64,000 bases of DNA from Felis catus. Its lineage: Eukaryota. The notes under the pieces were generated by a model, which was not told the origin of the DNA, searched no databases, and saw only the letters and a list, made by a program, of their open reading frames with translations. Position numbers and translations under genes: made by a program. The stretch is from contig NC_058368.1 of NCBI RefSeq assembly GCF_018350175.1, positions 12,338,001 to 12,402,000 of the forward strand, in the 5' to 3' direction. This document shows, piece after piece, positions 12,785 through 25,479 of the stretch (positions are counted from its first letter, which is position 1; each line of letters starts with the position of its first letter).

Positions 12785-13008
12785 TCATCAACTTCTGTAA
12801 CTAATCAGGACTGAAAACTGATCTTGGAGCAAAGATTCACCAATTGTCTTTGATGTGTGTTCCCAATGTCCTTCAGCATACATGGCTCCTCCTTCCTCTG
12901 GCTCAGGTCCACCCTGTTGCCTCTGAATACAGCCCTGTCCCATGCCTCTGCTTGGTCAACCCAACACTTCCTTGTAGCTCCAGTTCAATCCCATTCAGTT
13001 CTTCCACT

Positions 13009-13710
13009 TATGACTGGCTATGTCAATTGTGGATCTCAGTGAAAAAGGCAAACACAGTCTCCTTGATCAAAATTTACCAATAATTTCAGTCTCAAAGATA
13101 TATCTGTGCACTCACACTCAAAGTAGTATTAGTCAACCATAGCCAAAAGGTGGAAGCATCTCATATCCATCGATGGATGAATGGATAAACACAATGTGGT
13201 ATATACATCCAATGGAATACTGTTCAGCCTTAAAAAGGCAGGACATCCTACATCACATATTACAACATTTGCTTGAGGATATTATGCTGAGTGAAATAAA
13301 TCAGTCACAAAAGAACAAATATTATATGACTCCATTTATACGAGCTCCCTAGAGTTGTAAAACTTGTAGAGGTAGAAAGTAGAATGGTGGTTGCCGGGTT
13401 GTGGGGAGGGAGGAATGAGGAGTCGTTGTTTAATGGGGAGAGAGTTTCAGTTTTGCAAGATAAGGAGTATTCTAGAGAAGGATGACAGTGATGTTCGCAC
13501 AAAAGTGTGAATATACGTAACGTTACTGAACTGCACACTTAAAAGTGGTTAAGATGGCAAACTTTATGTTGCATGTATTTTATCGCATTTAAAAAATTAT
13601 TAATAATTCCAAGATGGCAACAGCAGAGTATTAAACCTACTGCCAGGCCCTTCTAAGCGCAGGGCTCTGTCACAAAACTGCAGGGTTGCATGCCCACAAA
13701 GCCAGCCCTG
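13009..13710. mobile_element. MER45A-like hAT MITE split by an L1MB insertion
   Basis: Left part 13009-13087 and right part 13592-13710, ending '...gcccttctaagcgcagggc...gccagccctg', match the recalled MER45A. Confidence 0.75.
13088..13596 (+). mobile_element. L1MB-type 3' end
   Basis: L1 3'UTR motifs (gatgaatggataaac...gtttcagttttgcaagat...cacttaaaagtggttaagatgg). Degenerate TSD aaaatttaccaataatttc / aaaaattattaataattcc. Confidence 0.9.
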
Positions 13711-13767
13711 CTTGTGTGTCCACCTGGCACCTCATCTGACCACAGTTCTAGAGTACTCATCACTATT

Positions 13768-13991
13768 TTTTTATTAAAATTTTTTTTTAATGTTTATTCA
13801 TTTTTGACAGAGGGAAAAACAGAGTGTGAGCAGGGGAGGGGCAGAGGGAGAGAGGGAGACAGAATCCGAGGCAGGATTCAGGCTCTGAGCTGTCAGCACA
13901 GAGCCCAACACGGGGCTCGAACCCATATATCATGAGATCCTGACCTGTGCCAAAGTCGGATGCTTAACTGACTGAGCCACCCAGGCACCCC
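13768..13991 (-). mobile_element. Feliform CAN-SINE
   Basis: Reverse SINE; perfect 19-bp TSD tagagtactcatcactatt at 13749-13767 and 13993-14011. Confidence 0.96.
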
Positions 13992-15049
13992 ATAGAGTAC
14001 TCATCACTATTGATCTACATGTGGGAATGTCTTCCCACTAAACTGTGAATTCCTTGAGAACAGAGCCATAGTTTTTCATTCTCCTGCATCATCTCGTATG
14101 TGTTTGATACTAGAAGGAATTCAATGCTTTCTTCTGAATTAATTCCTGCTATAAATTACATTAATCACACACAAATTATGTTTGACCTTAAAAAACAAAA
14201 CTTAGCACTTCTAAATGAGGCCAATGTATATTAGCAGATATAGAACATTTGCAGGAGTACCTTCTGCCTTTCCCCACAGCACAGTGAAGGTCCATTTCTA
14301 TTGGGTTTCTATTTTTCTTTTTCCTTATTAGTTCTCTATGTTAGGGATGGAGAAGCAATAAAATACCTATCCGTGGTATCCACATAACATATAAATGGCA
14401 AAGTCCTAAAATTTCTCAGCCATTGGAAACTTTTAGCAACTAGCAAAATATTCGAAATTCCTCTCCAGTAATGAATAACATCACAGAGAGAACGCATCAG
14501 TAATCTCAAGAAACGGGGCCCTGAGTCTAATTGCTATAGTTCTTATTTGTTCCCAGGTTGACTCTTTTTAAGACTGAATTAATTTTGTGTTGATCACTGG
14601 TCTGTGAAGCACTGATAATTAAATGATTGGTAAATACAATGACTTTCAGAGGGAAAGAGGGGTTAGGAATCTATTTTCTACTTTGAGATTATTACAGAAT
14701 TTCATTTCTGAAAACAGGCCTCAGATTAATTTAGTTAAAATCTGATAGTCAACAAAACAACCTAGGTGGAAGTCATCCAACTTGTCCTAGATTACCCAGC
14801 ATTTATTGGCAGTTCTGAGAATCTAAAGAGGTTAAAAGAGTTATCTGAGGACAATGGTTCACACAATACACTGCAAGGTTAATACCTTGTTTTAAACTTG
14901 GTTCTTCAAGGATAGCATTTTCACACTGCTCTCATAAAGCAAAAGTAAAAACAACCCGGGTACTTTTTGAAAGCTTGTATATAACACATTTCTGGCTATA
15001 TAGGCCAAATACACTTGGAAAATTTAAAAAAAAACAACCAAAAAATTTA

Positions 15050-15305
15050 ATGCTACAGAGTAGTTAAAAATATGGGCTGTGGAACCACAGCACCTCTATT
15101 CAAATCCTCCCTCTAACCCTCCTGGAAGTATGTCATGAGCAAGCTACTCAGTACCTTCTCTGTGCCTCGGTTTACACATCTGTAAAATGAGAATGACAAT
15201 AATATACATGTCACATGATTGTTAAAGGAACAAATGAGTTCACACGTAAGCGTTCAGAACTGTGCCTGGTACATATGGAATGGCCACTAAATGCTAACCA
15301 TTATT
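15050..15305 (+). mobile_element. MIR SINE
   Basis: Core 'ctctgtgcctcggtttacacatctgtaaaatgagaat...gaactgtgcctggtacata'. Confidence 0.85.
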
Positions 15306-15506
15306 TTTTCTAGATTCAGGAATTCCCTAAATTATGTAAAACACAAGCTTGCTTAGTAATGGTCATGGTGGTTTGGAGTAGGGGAGGACTCAAGAGGTCA
15401 CACATCTTTTGTTGAACTAGTCATATTCCTACCACAGGGAAACTAAACGGGGTGTCCTGAAACACAGTCAGTTTGGAGAACAGCTCTGTATTTTTATAGT
15501 CAATTC

Positions 15507-16110
15507 TGTATCAGTTAGGATAGACTAAGTTATGCTTAAGTAACAAATAGCCCCCAAATCTCAGCAGCTTAACACAACAAAAGTGTGCTTCTTATTCTAT
15601 ATGTCCACTAAGCATTGGCTACAAGGCTTGGTTCATCTTAGTCCCTCAGGGACACAGGCTACTGCAGACTTCATCCCAACAATCACCACAGCAGCAGGAA
15701 AGGAACATGGAAGACACATACAATGGCTTTTAAAGCTTCTACGTAGAAGTGAATCATGTCATTTCTACCCCACATCTCATCAGCAATGTGACTGATGGTT
15801 AACCTCAAAGAGGCAGTACAATCCCATCATGTGCCTAGAAGGAGGGCTACATTAGAAAATCTTGGGGGGTACCTGGGTGGCTCAGTTGGTTAAGCGTCTG
15901 ACTTTGGCTCAGGTCATGATATCATGGCTCATGGGTTTGAGGCCCGCATCAGGGTCTGTGCTGACAGCTCAGAGCCTGGGGCTTGCTTCGGATTCTGTGT
16001 CTCTCTCCCTCTCTGCCTCTCCCCTACTCATGCTCTCTCTCTCAAAAATAAATAAATATTAAAAAAAGGAAAGAAGAAGATCTTGTAAATAGGCCCTAAT
16101 GATACTGTAT
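15507..16110 (-). mobile_element. MLT1 (MaLR) solo LTR interrupted by a SINE
   Basis: Starts 'tgtatcagttagg...agtaacaaatagcccccaaatctcagcagcttaacacaacaaaag', typical of MLT1J/K/L. Confidence 0.75.
15865..16074 (+). mobile_element. Feliform CAN-SINE
   Basis: SINE head and A tail; TSD agaaaatcttg / agaagatcttg. Confidence 0.95.
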
Positions 16111-16138
16111 CCTTCCTTTTACAGTTGGGCCAGGTTTT

Positions 16139-16149
16139 TTTGGTTTTTG

Positions 16150-16188
<39 letters not shown>

Positions 16189-16248
16189 CTTACTTAATAT
16201 AATGAAATCTATTGCCAAATTGGTTTCCATACAACACCCAGTGCTCAT
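16139..16248 (-). mobile_element. Extremely truncated cat-type L1 3' terminus with a (TTTA)n tail
   Basis: 'tgaaatctattgccaaattggtttccatacaacacccagtgctcat' matches the reverse of the felid L1 extreme 3' end. TSD ttgggcc(a)ggtttt. Confidence 0.85.
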
Positions 16249-19134
16249 TTGGGCCGGTTTTAAATGTGTCTCTGTTTCTTCAGAAAATAACAACATTGAT
16301 AGGAATACACACACACACACAAATATCTCTGTCTATTTCTCTCAAAACTATGTCCTGAATACAAGCAGATCTCCTCCACTCTGTGTAGACATGTAATTTA
16401 CTTGAACTTTGATTCACTAGACAGCCATCTAAGTCATCCCACTCTTTTCATGAACAAATGAGATATAAAAGCCGAAAACTTCAGAAATGAGGTATTTCAG
16501 GATAACTGACGTTTTTGCGTGTGTGAACTTAAGGACTTTACTGTACAGCTTCTAACCTTAAAAAAAATAAGAAAAAAAACCCACTTCTTTTTGGATGACA
16601 GTGGTTTTTTTTAATGGTTACATACTTTTCCTTCTTTTTAAACAGGGTGTGCATATATAATTTAATGTTTTCTTAATCATGAAAGATCAACAATGTAAAT
16701 ATCAGAAACAATATTGTGATACCCTTGGTATCAAATAAATGTTACTTCATTTAACATATATACATGTAAATATATATTAAATATATCTTTCAGTAATGGA
16801 AACACATTCGGAGTAAGAATACCCCTTATCTCGGAGTGCCATGTAGGGCTTATGAGACAGATTGGCTTCTCATAATTATTTTCATCTCCCTTGCTATCGA
16901 CAAGTCAGCCATCACTTCCATTTATTGTCTGTATACCGGTAGTCCCCTTTTCACTCTGATTTCTAGCTTTTAGTCCTCTAACATCCTGAAAATTAAATGC
17001 GGTATAATTATTTATAAAATGAGAGTAAATAAGCCAAATTGGAAGGATCTCTGGTGCTATTCTATGAATAAAGCCCAAGAGCCTGGGTGCATAACATTTA
17101 TGCTGCTTTGTTTATAGGCCTTTTGCATATAGCTGATTGGGCCACGTATGTGGATTTTGCATAAGTGGAGTATCACTGTGTTATGAGCTTAGAGGTATTA
17201 AACATGTAGCATTTTCATTTCCCCAAGCATGATAATCTTTCTATTGCTTTATAAGATACCGCCTTCTTCTGTTCTTCTCTAAATCTTTTCCTCAATGAAA
17301 AAAAAAATCCCTTCATATTAGTATGTGTCTTCCTTCTAACCTCATTTTGCCAGGAAAATTTGTATTTTCCAGTGTTTAGATCTATAGTTTAATCTTATCC
17401 TTCCTTTTATCTTTCTATGACTAAGGGTAATGTCTCATTACAAATTTAGAAAACCACAAATGAAGGAGCACTTGCACCAAATGGCTTGCTCATGCTCCAA
17501 ACAATTTATCCTTAGAGATTAATTTTACTTCTGCTCTTTCATTCTTTTGAAAAGAAATCATTCTTTCAACCCAACTAATCGCTCCAACTTTTTCACTTTT
17601 GCCTTATAGAAGTATAGCAAATCTTTAGTAAAAGGCTACTGTCAGGCTATTGTCCAAAGTGTTAGGATTCAGTTTTGAAATTCGATTCTATTACTCAGTA
17701 AGAGAATTCAGGAAACAAACGACTGGGCAGTATGTGTAAAGGTAATATCTGGCCTAGTCCAGACAACGTTCGGACAAAAAGTCTATTAATCTAACCCATA
17801 CTATAAAACATACTACCTTTCAACCATCTCTTAAAATAGTCATTCTTAACCTTATTTAGGTTTTCAAGAATCTTGCTACAGCTTTTCCTATTAAAAGGAG
17901 AGCATATGTATAAACATTTTTTTTCTTATAATTTCTGAAGTTTTAAAGAGATAAGAAGTCACCAGATTATGGACCCCAGTGCCCCAACTGCCCCCAATGA
18001 AACAAAAACAAAGTAAGCTCTTCCAGCAAAGAAAACTCCATCCACTTCAATACTCTTAGTGGCCACTACAAAATGCCTCAGTGACCAGTTGCTTTTAGTC
18101 AGTCTCAACCATGACCCACGAGCTCTGCTCAACCCTCCAGTGTGAAGTCTCAGGTGTCCCACAGTGGTAACATCAGATAGCTATCCATAAAATCACCCTC
18201 TTTAAAGTCTCATCCCCGGTCGTCTCTCACCTAGTGCGAGGTCTGTCTGGCAGTGATGGGATTCCAAATAATCTCACTGTCCTCATATACAGCTCAAAAT
18301 ATGAACCCAGGTGCTACGACTCTATGCAGATTTAAACCCAGGGCTAACTTGTTCCAGAATTACTTTCCACATCGATACCCTGAAAATACTCTGCAAGTTT
18401 AACCCAAAAGATGGTACAGAAGCCTTCCTGGGAAAGAGGGAGGCCGGTCTAACTCTTAGGGAGAAGAGACAGTAATCCCAGATACACAGAGTTACTGTCT
18501 TCCACCCCCCCCCCCCCCCGATGACTGTGTCATTGGCACAGCCACTTGACATTTCTGTTCTTGTTTAACCAGGGCAAAACATTTCATTTCAAATACTCTG
18601 GGAAAGGCAGTTCGGGGCCTTAAGATCACTTTAGGTTGGAAAGGACTGTGAAGGAGGAAGCAGGAAGGGAGGCAGGATGCTGGATACAAACCAAACAGGG
18701 ACACTAAAGACAAAATGTGGCATGATTCCCTAAGTCCCAGATTTTTAACTAGGACGAGTAGAGCACCGCAAAGAATAGCTGTCAATTCAACAAATCTTGA
18801 CTGAGTGCCAGGAGCTGTGGTAGGGACTGGGGGTAGAAGGATGGTAATACTGTGGAACACAACACCGCACGGCTCTCCGAGGAGCTCCAGGCCCAGAGGC
18901 ACAAACAGGCCCTTTGCAAGCCAACTTGTAGTAACACATCAGACGTGTGATTGAGTGTGCAACAGACAGTAAAACTGAACAACGGAGAGGAAAACGTCAC
19001 CGCTGTTCCTCATTTCCTCGCCTTCAAGCACAGTATTGCACTATTAAATGAAATATCAAATGAAGAACATATTTTTGGGATTGCCTATTTCGCCTAGGTC
19101 ACCCCGCAGTTTTGCACACTTGAATACAAGAGTT

Positions 19135-19167
19135 CTGCAGTTCCACCACATGTCCACTAGAGGCCTG
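19135..19167 (+). promoter_or_regulatory. Candidate CTCF site with upstream motif
   Basis: CTGCAGTTCC-N6-TGTCCACTAGAGGCC, with one mismatch at a conserved core G. Confidence 0.35.
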
Positions 19168-21174
19168 TGAAGAGCTTCTTTCCCCCATCACGCAGTCTTA
19201 CAAGCAAAGAGGCCAGAATTAACGCAAATAAGAAATACTGATCAAACGCAAATAAGAAATACTGAATTGATAAGTAACCACACAACGAGCACCATAAGCG
19301 TGGATAAAATAAGCAAAATGAGATGGTCTTTCAAAACTCCAACGTATTCAATTGTGAAACTTAACAGGACTCCTAATATGGAAGGGAAAGAGCAGACTCA
19401 CTTAAAGGAGGTAGGGGTTTTGAGGCTTTCAGCAACAGTTCCAAAAGGCTGCCAGGCTCTGGCAGGCGTGGACTAAGTGGACCTCCAAGGGGTGACGCAG
19501 CCTTTATAAAATTGCCAGGGCCCCTGTAGGGGCTTCTGAGGGAAAGGGGGCTTTCAGATCTTCAGGTGGATACTAACTACAAAAGGCAAGCAACTAACAG
19601 GAGGAAAGGTTCCTGGGTGGGAAAGCGTCCGGGAAAGTAAACAAAGCAGTAATTTAAGACAGATGGGCCCAGAAGGGACTTCCTAAATAGTGACTCCATG
19701 GAAGTAAACAGGGAAGACAGATGAGGTGTGGTGCAAGGACACAGACTGAAACAGACCCTAAGGTGAGGACTCTCAGCTTGCAGGGGTCAGAGCGACGTAA
19801 AGCACAACACGAATCGTGCTGGATACATGAACACAGCTGCGAGACTGTGTGCACACGGGGAGAGATTGCTAGAAGAGAGGAGATGCCTCGGACAGTCCTC
19901 TTACCATCTCATCAAACTAAACAGGCCTTCGCATCATTGCATCCCCCACCCCCCCCCAAACATCAACAGAAGCACATGATGAGAACGCACATCAACGGCA
20001 CCGCACACACACGCACACGCACACACACAACTTCTATTTACAGAAGCGGCCTGTTTTTCACGAGGTTTGGTTAATTAGCAATCAGAAAGGAGTTGTATGA
20101 GGTTTGAAGAAAGAACTCTTTGTTTGGAAAACCTGTGAAAATATTCCCTCGGCAGCTTGTAACTTTCCCTACAGATCACCCTGGCCCTGAGGACAAGCCC
20201 AGGTGCCAGAGGCCTCTGTGATCCCACACAGAGCTCACATTCAAAGGCAGGGCTCTCTGTTGTCCCCTGGGAGTCAAGCCTTAATGGGTTTACAATTTGC
20301 AGGCGTTTTTGGAGAGTGGCTTGGCAGTCGTTGCCTGCTGCCAGACATTGGGCAGACACAAGCCCTGGTGAATCCCACAGCTGTTGTGGCTGCTTCGGCC
20401 GCTCTGCTGGAGAGAAGGGCAGTTGCCTGAGGCATTTCAAAGATGTGCAAGAACATAGGGAGACTTTACGGATCCTGGAAGTGAATTCGCAATTATTGTG
20501 AGCAGATGGGCAGTCCACATGGTGGAAGGAGAATTTCAGGGCTATCATTCTTCTGTGAAGACCATGGCAAGTGGTAATTCAGAGAGTCTTTGTGTGCCCA
20601 AATGCATCCTTTGTGGAAAAAGTGTGAAACTACAACGTGATATTATCCTCTGCTGCTAGTTAACTTTACTGTCACACTCCTGACTTCTAAACCCAGACGA
20701 TCACAACTGTCACAGGCATAAGCCAGTCCATGCACGTCTTACTTCAGTTAAAAGGAAATATAGCTGTGGTGCCTCCTGTGGAAATATGGCAAGTATCATC
20801 CTGGAATCCTGGCCCACATGGAGAAGGCTGTTTGAATTCCGCCTCTGACATTACTTCACCCACTCCTTATGGTGGAAAAATCTCCATCTTAAACTGAGAT
20901 ACATAGATGGTGGGACAATGTTCAATGATGTTGAGAGTGGAGAATTTATAATCTCCTCTTATACGCTATAACCAGTAACTTTTCCCCGTCATTCTTCCAG
21001 TCAAGGACGGCCTGCTTTTTGACACACAGAATTCTCTTTCGCTGAAATCTCAGCCTGTTTCCTGTCATTCTCATGTTGATTCATCTGAGAATCACATTAT
21101 CTCTTTTGAACACTGTCTATTTAGTCCATTATGATGCCCAGGGTCGGCCTCTACTCGTTTTGTATCTGAATGAT

Positions 21175-21455
21175 TAATTTCTTCAGTTCAAGCAAAGTAC
21201 TTTTAAGTACCTCTGACAATATAAAGCACCAGCTAGACACTGTGGAGGAATCTAGGACCACGACTGTAAGATGCTAAAAATCTGGTGAAGAAAACAGAAA
21301 CACTTGGGGAAAAAATTCTAATACCTGGAAAGTGCTAAGATAGAGGTGTAACCAGAATGCTGTGGGCATATAAGGAAGAGAAAAGTAATTAATTCCTACT
21401 GAGAAGATTGGGACATTAGTGTGGATGGAGATAGAATTTAAGTTGGGCAGGTTTA
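21175..21455 (-). mobile_element. L2 fragment
   Basis: 'aagtgctaagatagaggtgtaaccagaatgctgtggg' is an L2-type motif. Confidence 0.6.
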
Positions 21456-23059
21456 CTACAGTAATCTATCAACCCAGTTTTAAACTGAAAGTTGGATCCC
21501 ATGAAATCCTTTAGCTGGATACCGAACTATAAAGGACAATCAGAACTTAGCATTTATCTCAAGGGTAAGACACTGCACTGAGAGAGCCAGTCTCAATGGC
21601 GCTGGGCTGAGAGCGGTAATGAGTGAGCTGGCCAGCTTGAGGGTTGCTGGCTTAGTGACCACCACGCACAAGGTCCTGGGGACGGTAGTCAAGATGATCA
21701 GGCAAAACAGCAGGACCCAGCCTCTCACTGTGCACCTACGTTTTGCCCAGCATATTATGTAAGGCACCACAGACACGAGGCTCAGAGGTTGGCGCACAGT
21801 GGTAGTTGAGTGGCTCTCTTTAGATTGGACATGTGCCCTACAGTTTAATGGTCCTGGGACTCTAATAACATTCACATGCCAACTTACTCAGGCCAGCTTC
21901 ACTGCCCTGTAGGCATATGCATGTGAGAGTAGGAATCAAAGGAGGAGCAAATCAGGGAGGTGGGAAGTTGTATTTTGGATCTTGAGCATCTTGAGCTGAA
22001 GGGAGCTTAATAAAAAAAAAAAATACAGCATGCTCTCACATTTACTATCTCACTTTTTGGCTCTCTACAGACCCATAAGGTAGGAAACCGAAAGAGGAAA
22101 GAATGTCCTTGCTCACGTGGTCAGAAGTTGCAAATGGGATTCAAGTTGCCAGTCGCGTTTTCTGACTCCAGGGCCAGTTGGCATTTCTCTAACTTTTCAA
22201 GATGACTGAGCTTTATCTGAAACTTTAAAGAGTTTAATAACCTAATGATTCAGTGTCATCCTAGCAAGTGCACTCTGCTCAATCATCTAGACCACTGGTT
22301 AGTATATTAAATCTCATAGACTTCAGGACATAAAAAACCAATCGCTCAATTTATAACCACTTGTCTCTTCTTTTTTCCTCCAGAATCTTGCAGCCATACT
22401 CCAGAAACTTCACAATGCATATCAAGCACTGATTAATGCACAAGGCACTCTTTGAGATATTGTGGGTGAGCCAAAGAAAGGTAGGATGAGCCACATTTAT
22501 ACACATATTTGGCTTAAAATTATATGTATACATAGAAACATCTGCCAGGCTGATTGTATGTGAATGAATAGACTCTTTACCCTCTAGGTTCTGGGCCCCC
22601 ACTGAAGCCATAATTCAATCAGGCAGAAGCTGAATATCTACCCCTCAAGATGAAGTACTATTGCCTATTAACTGCTTTTCTCGTCGTAAAGTGATTTTTC
22701 TGTCCGTTGGTCCTCAAGGGGTTTTGAAGTTTGTTCTTTTGAGAAAATGCTAAGGATACAGGGGCATGGACCAGTCATTTTCAAAGGTAACCACCAGCCT
22801 CCCTCTCTCTATATCTCACTGTCTTCAAACTCATCAGGCATGCTTCCTCTTTAGTTCACTGGTTCTCACAAATTCTTCAGTAACTCATCTCGCATGCACA
22901 CTTTCACAACTGGCCGTGGATTTCTCATCAGTCAAATGGGATTACTTACTACTCACCCACCTCATATGATTTTTGACAAAATTAACAATGAAGCTTGAAG
23001 GAATCAGGAGTGAAATGATAGGCTGGCTTCTTAGAACCTGTTTTTTAAGGAAAGCTAAA

Positions 23060-23255
23060 ATACTAGGATTGTAGCATTCTGCCTCCAACAAGTTAAACTC
23101 TCTGTGACCTAAGGCAAGTTACCTAATCTGATATTTCTATCAGTTCCTGTGTGAAAAGCGAGGACAATAATTGTTACCTAGCTCACTGGGATTGTCCGTT
23201 TAATTAATTATCACTGAAAAACATCATGAAAAAAAAATTGCTTTGTAAATGCTCC
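23060..23255 (+). mobile_element. MIR SINE
   Basis: 'ctgtgacctaaggcaagttacctaatct...tgctttgtaaat'. Confidence 0.65.
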
Positions 23256-23562
23256 ATAACAACAACTGTACACAAACCTAAATGCTTCTAACTTCAAAAC
23301 TTACAATTTTCTTTGTGGTGTCTTTACTCATTCTCTGATGCCTGCCCTACCCAGTTCTTCTGCTACAAAAGTAAACCATTAAGGGTAAATTTGTATGTAT
23401 TTTTCTGCATTTCTTGCTTTCCAACATTTTAAGAATGTTAAGTATTGTCAAAGAAAATGCGAAAAAGCTCAGAAAACTCTTGCCTTGTGATCTCTCGGAG
23501 ACATCAGTACAATGGTTCTCAAAGCAGAATCCTCAAACCAGAGCCATCGACAACACTTAAGA

Positions 23563-24438
23563 CCCAGTTTCCAAAATGTGCCGTGAGGTGCACTGGGGCA
23601 CTGTGGTAAACACACACGGGCACCTTGGAATATTTTAAAATTTCAAGGGACTCCCAGCAACACTGGACATCTGCCAGATACTGAGCAAACTACTTGATGA
23701 AGGTAGCTGACAGTTTCAACAATGAGCTCAACCACAGTCCTTTCTATAATGTCATGTCCTTGTGGGTTGGGGGTCTTTGCCAGTTGTTGTGGTAAAAAAG
23801 CAAGGGCCCTGTTGAAAATCAATGTGGGGTGCACCTGGGTGGCTCAGTCAGTTGAGCGTTCAACTCTGGATTTCAGCTCAGGTCATGATCTCAGGGTCAT
23901 GGGATCGAGACCTGTGTGAGGCTCTGTGCTGAGCGTGGGCCCTGCTTGGGATTCTCTTTCTTTCTCTCACTCTGCCCCTCTCCCCTCTCATGCTCTCTAA
24001 AATAAAAAAAAATGAAAAGTAAATAGATATTAAAAAAATTTTAAATTAAAAAAAAAAGAAAATCAATGTGTAATAGAAAATAAGGGTGGTGATATCTGAT
24101 TTGAGTCCAAGGTTTGAAAAGCTGTGCAGTGTCCAACCAGGGCACACATTCTATTATTAAGTAATTATAGTTGTTAATAATGAAATAAAAATTTTTTTCT
24201 TTCAATTTATATAATTGAATAAGATTATAATTCAATAATAATAATAAGGGTTATTATTATTATTCCTTGAATACCTATCAAGTTGTTAGGACACAAGTGC
24301 TTAGTAAGTTGTTTGGACCTACCTATTTAATAAAAGGAGCCGTTAGGTATTTCTTTAGATCACTGTATCTAAGGGCACAGTGAACACAATACTAAGAACT
24401 TGGTAGTCTAATGAACTAAGAAGGTCTGGGATGCTTTG
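23563..24438 (+). mobile_element. Charlie4a/MER80-like hAT element inside the MER5
   Basis: Matches the recalled consensus, e.g. 'aggtagctgacagtttcaaca', 'ccaaggtttgaaaagctgtgcagtg', 'aagttgtttggaccta'. Confidence 0.75.
23827..24057 (+). mobile_element. CAN-SINE (older subfamily) inside the Charlie element
   Basis: TSD gaaaatcaatgtg at 23814-23826 and 24058-24070. Confidence 0.95.
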
Positions 24439-25479
24439 CTACGGAAAACTTGCCATATATGCTAATCCTTAGGTCCCACCTAAGTTTGAGAACCAGTGCA
24501 AGTAGCACATGACCCAAAAGCAAAACTGTTGTGTTAGGCCATGTGGATGTTCAGTTTTCAAATTAACATCAGGCCAGTCTTGGTTTGCATGAACAAGTAC
24601 AGAAATAGCCCAAATGGGGCAATAAAAAACCCAACCCCAAACCAATTCATTTACATAAACACATACATATGTGTATATATCTTCCAGTCATTCTATAATT
24701 TTAGAATGATGAAAATGCACTGAATTATAAATAATCTGTGCTTTATCTTTACCCTATGGCATTCTGGAGATCCCACAATGCCTTTTGATTTCTGAACACT
24801 GAATCATTCAGTGTGTCAGATTATTGAGAATGAATCGCATCATTTCTTTCAGAAGACAAAATTGAAGACTGGCCAGAAGGGCATGATCCAAAGTCCTTGG
24901 CAGCATTCTGATTTACGTTCCCCTCCGCATTAACACCAAGCAGGACATACCTCACATGAGTTGATAGTATTTCTGCATAGAAGAGTCAGGAAGAATAAGG
25001 AGTGAGAAGACCACTGGGTATGGTGAAAACTCATGATTTTTTAGTGGATTTTGAGTAAAATGTCTCCTGCTGAGTAAAAGAGCTCAGTATTTCATTCCAT
25101 TTAATCCCATTAAGCCTTTGTACATAGGCAGAGATTTCCAAACTTTTGAGGACTAAATCAAAAGCTTTCAGCAACAATCTTCTCTGGGAGGCCCCCTATT
25201 TCCTTGGCAATATGCTTGTCGAATGCTGAACATAAGGAAGCTAATCAGGAAATCACATCTGTTAGAATATAGGAGAAAAGAATCTTTATTAACTTGAATC
25301 CTCTAATACTAGGATGATTTCAGTGCTTGACTCTGACGGGATAGAAAGTCGGGGCCACCAAGGATCAACTGGGCCTCAACTGTTCAAGGCCAGTGAGGCC
25401 ATGCCTTACTAACTCTCTGACTCACAGCAGCTACCCAAGAGACTTCTTCTGCATTCTTACTCAATACAATAATTTTTAG

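Larger units (their letters stand above)
23510..24498. mobile_element. MER5-like hAT-Charlie MITE (outer shell, split)
   Basis: Inverted termini caatggttctcaaag (23510) and gtttgagaaccagtg (ends 24498). Confidence 0.65.

Noticed and set aside
20075..20548. 157-aa ORF, with neighbouring ORFs at 18492-18902 and 19721-20074
   Set aside because: No recognisable homology or convincing splice context; such lengths are plausible by chance in GC-richer DNA.
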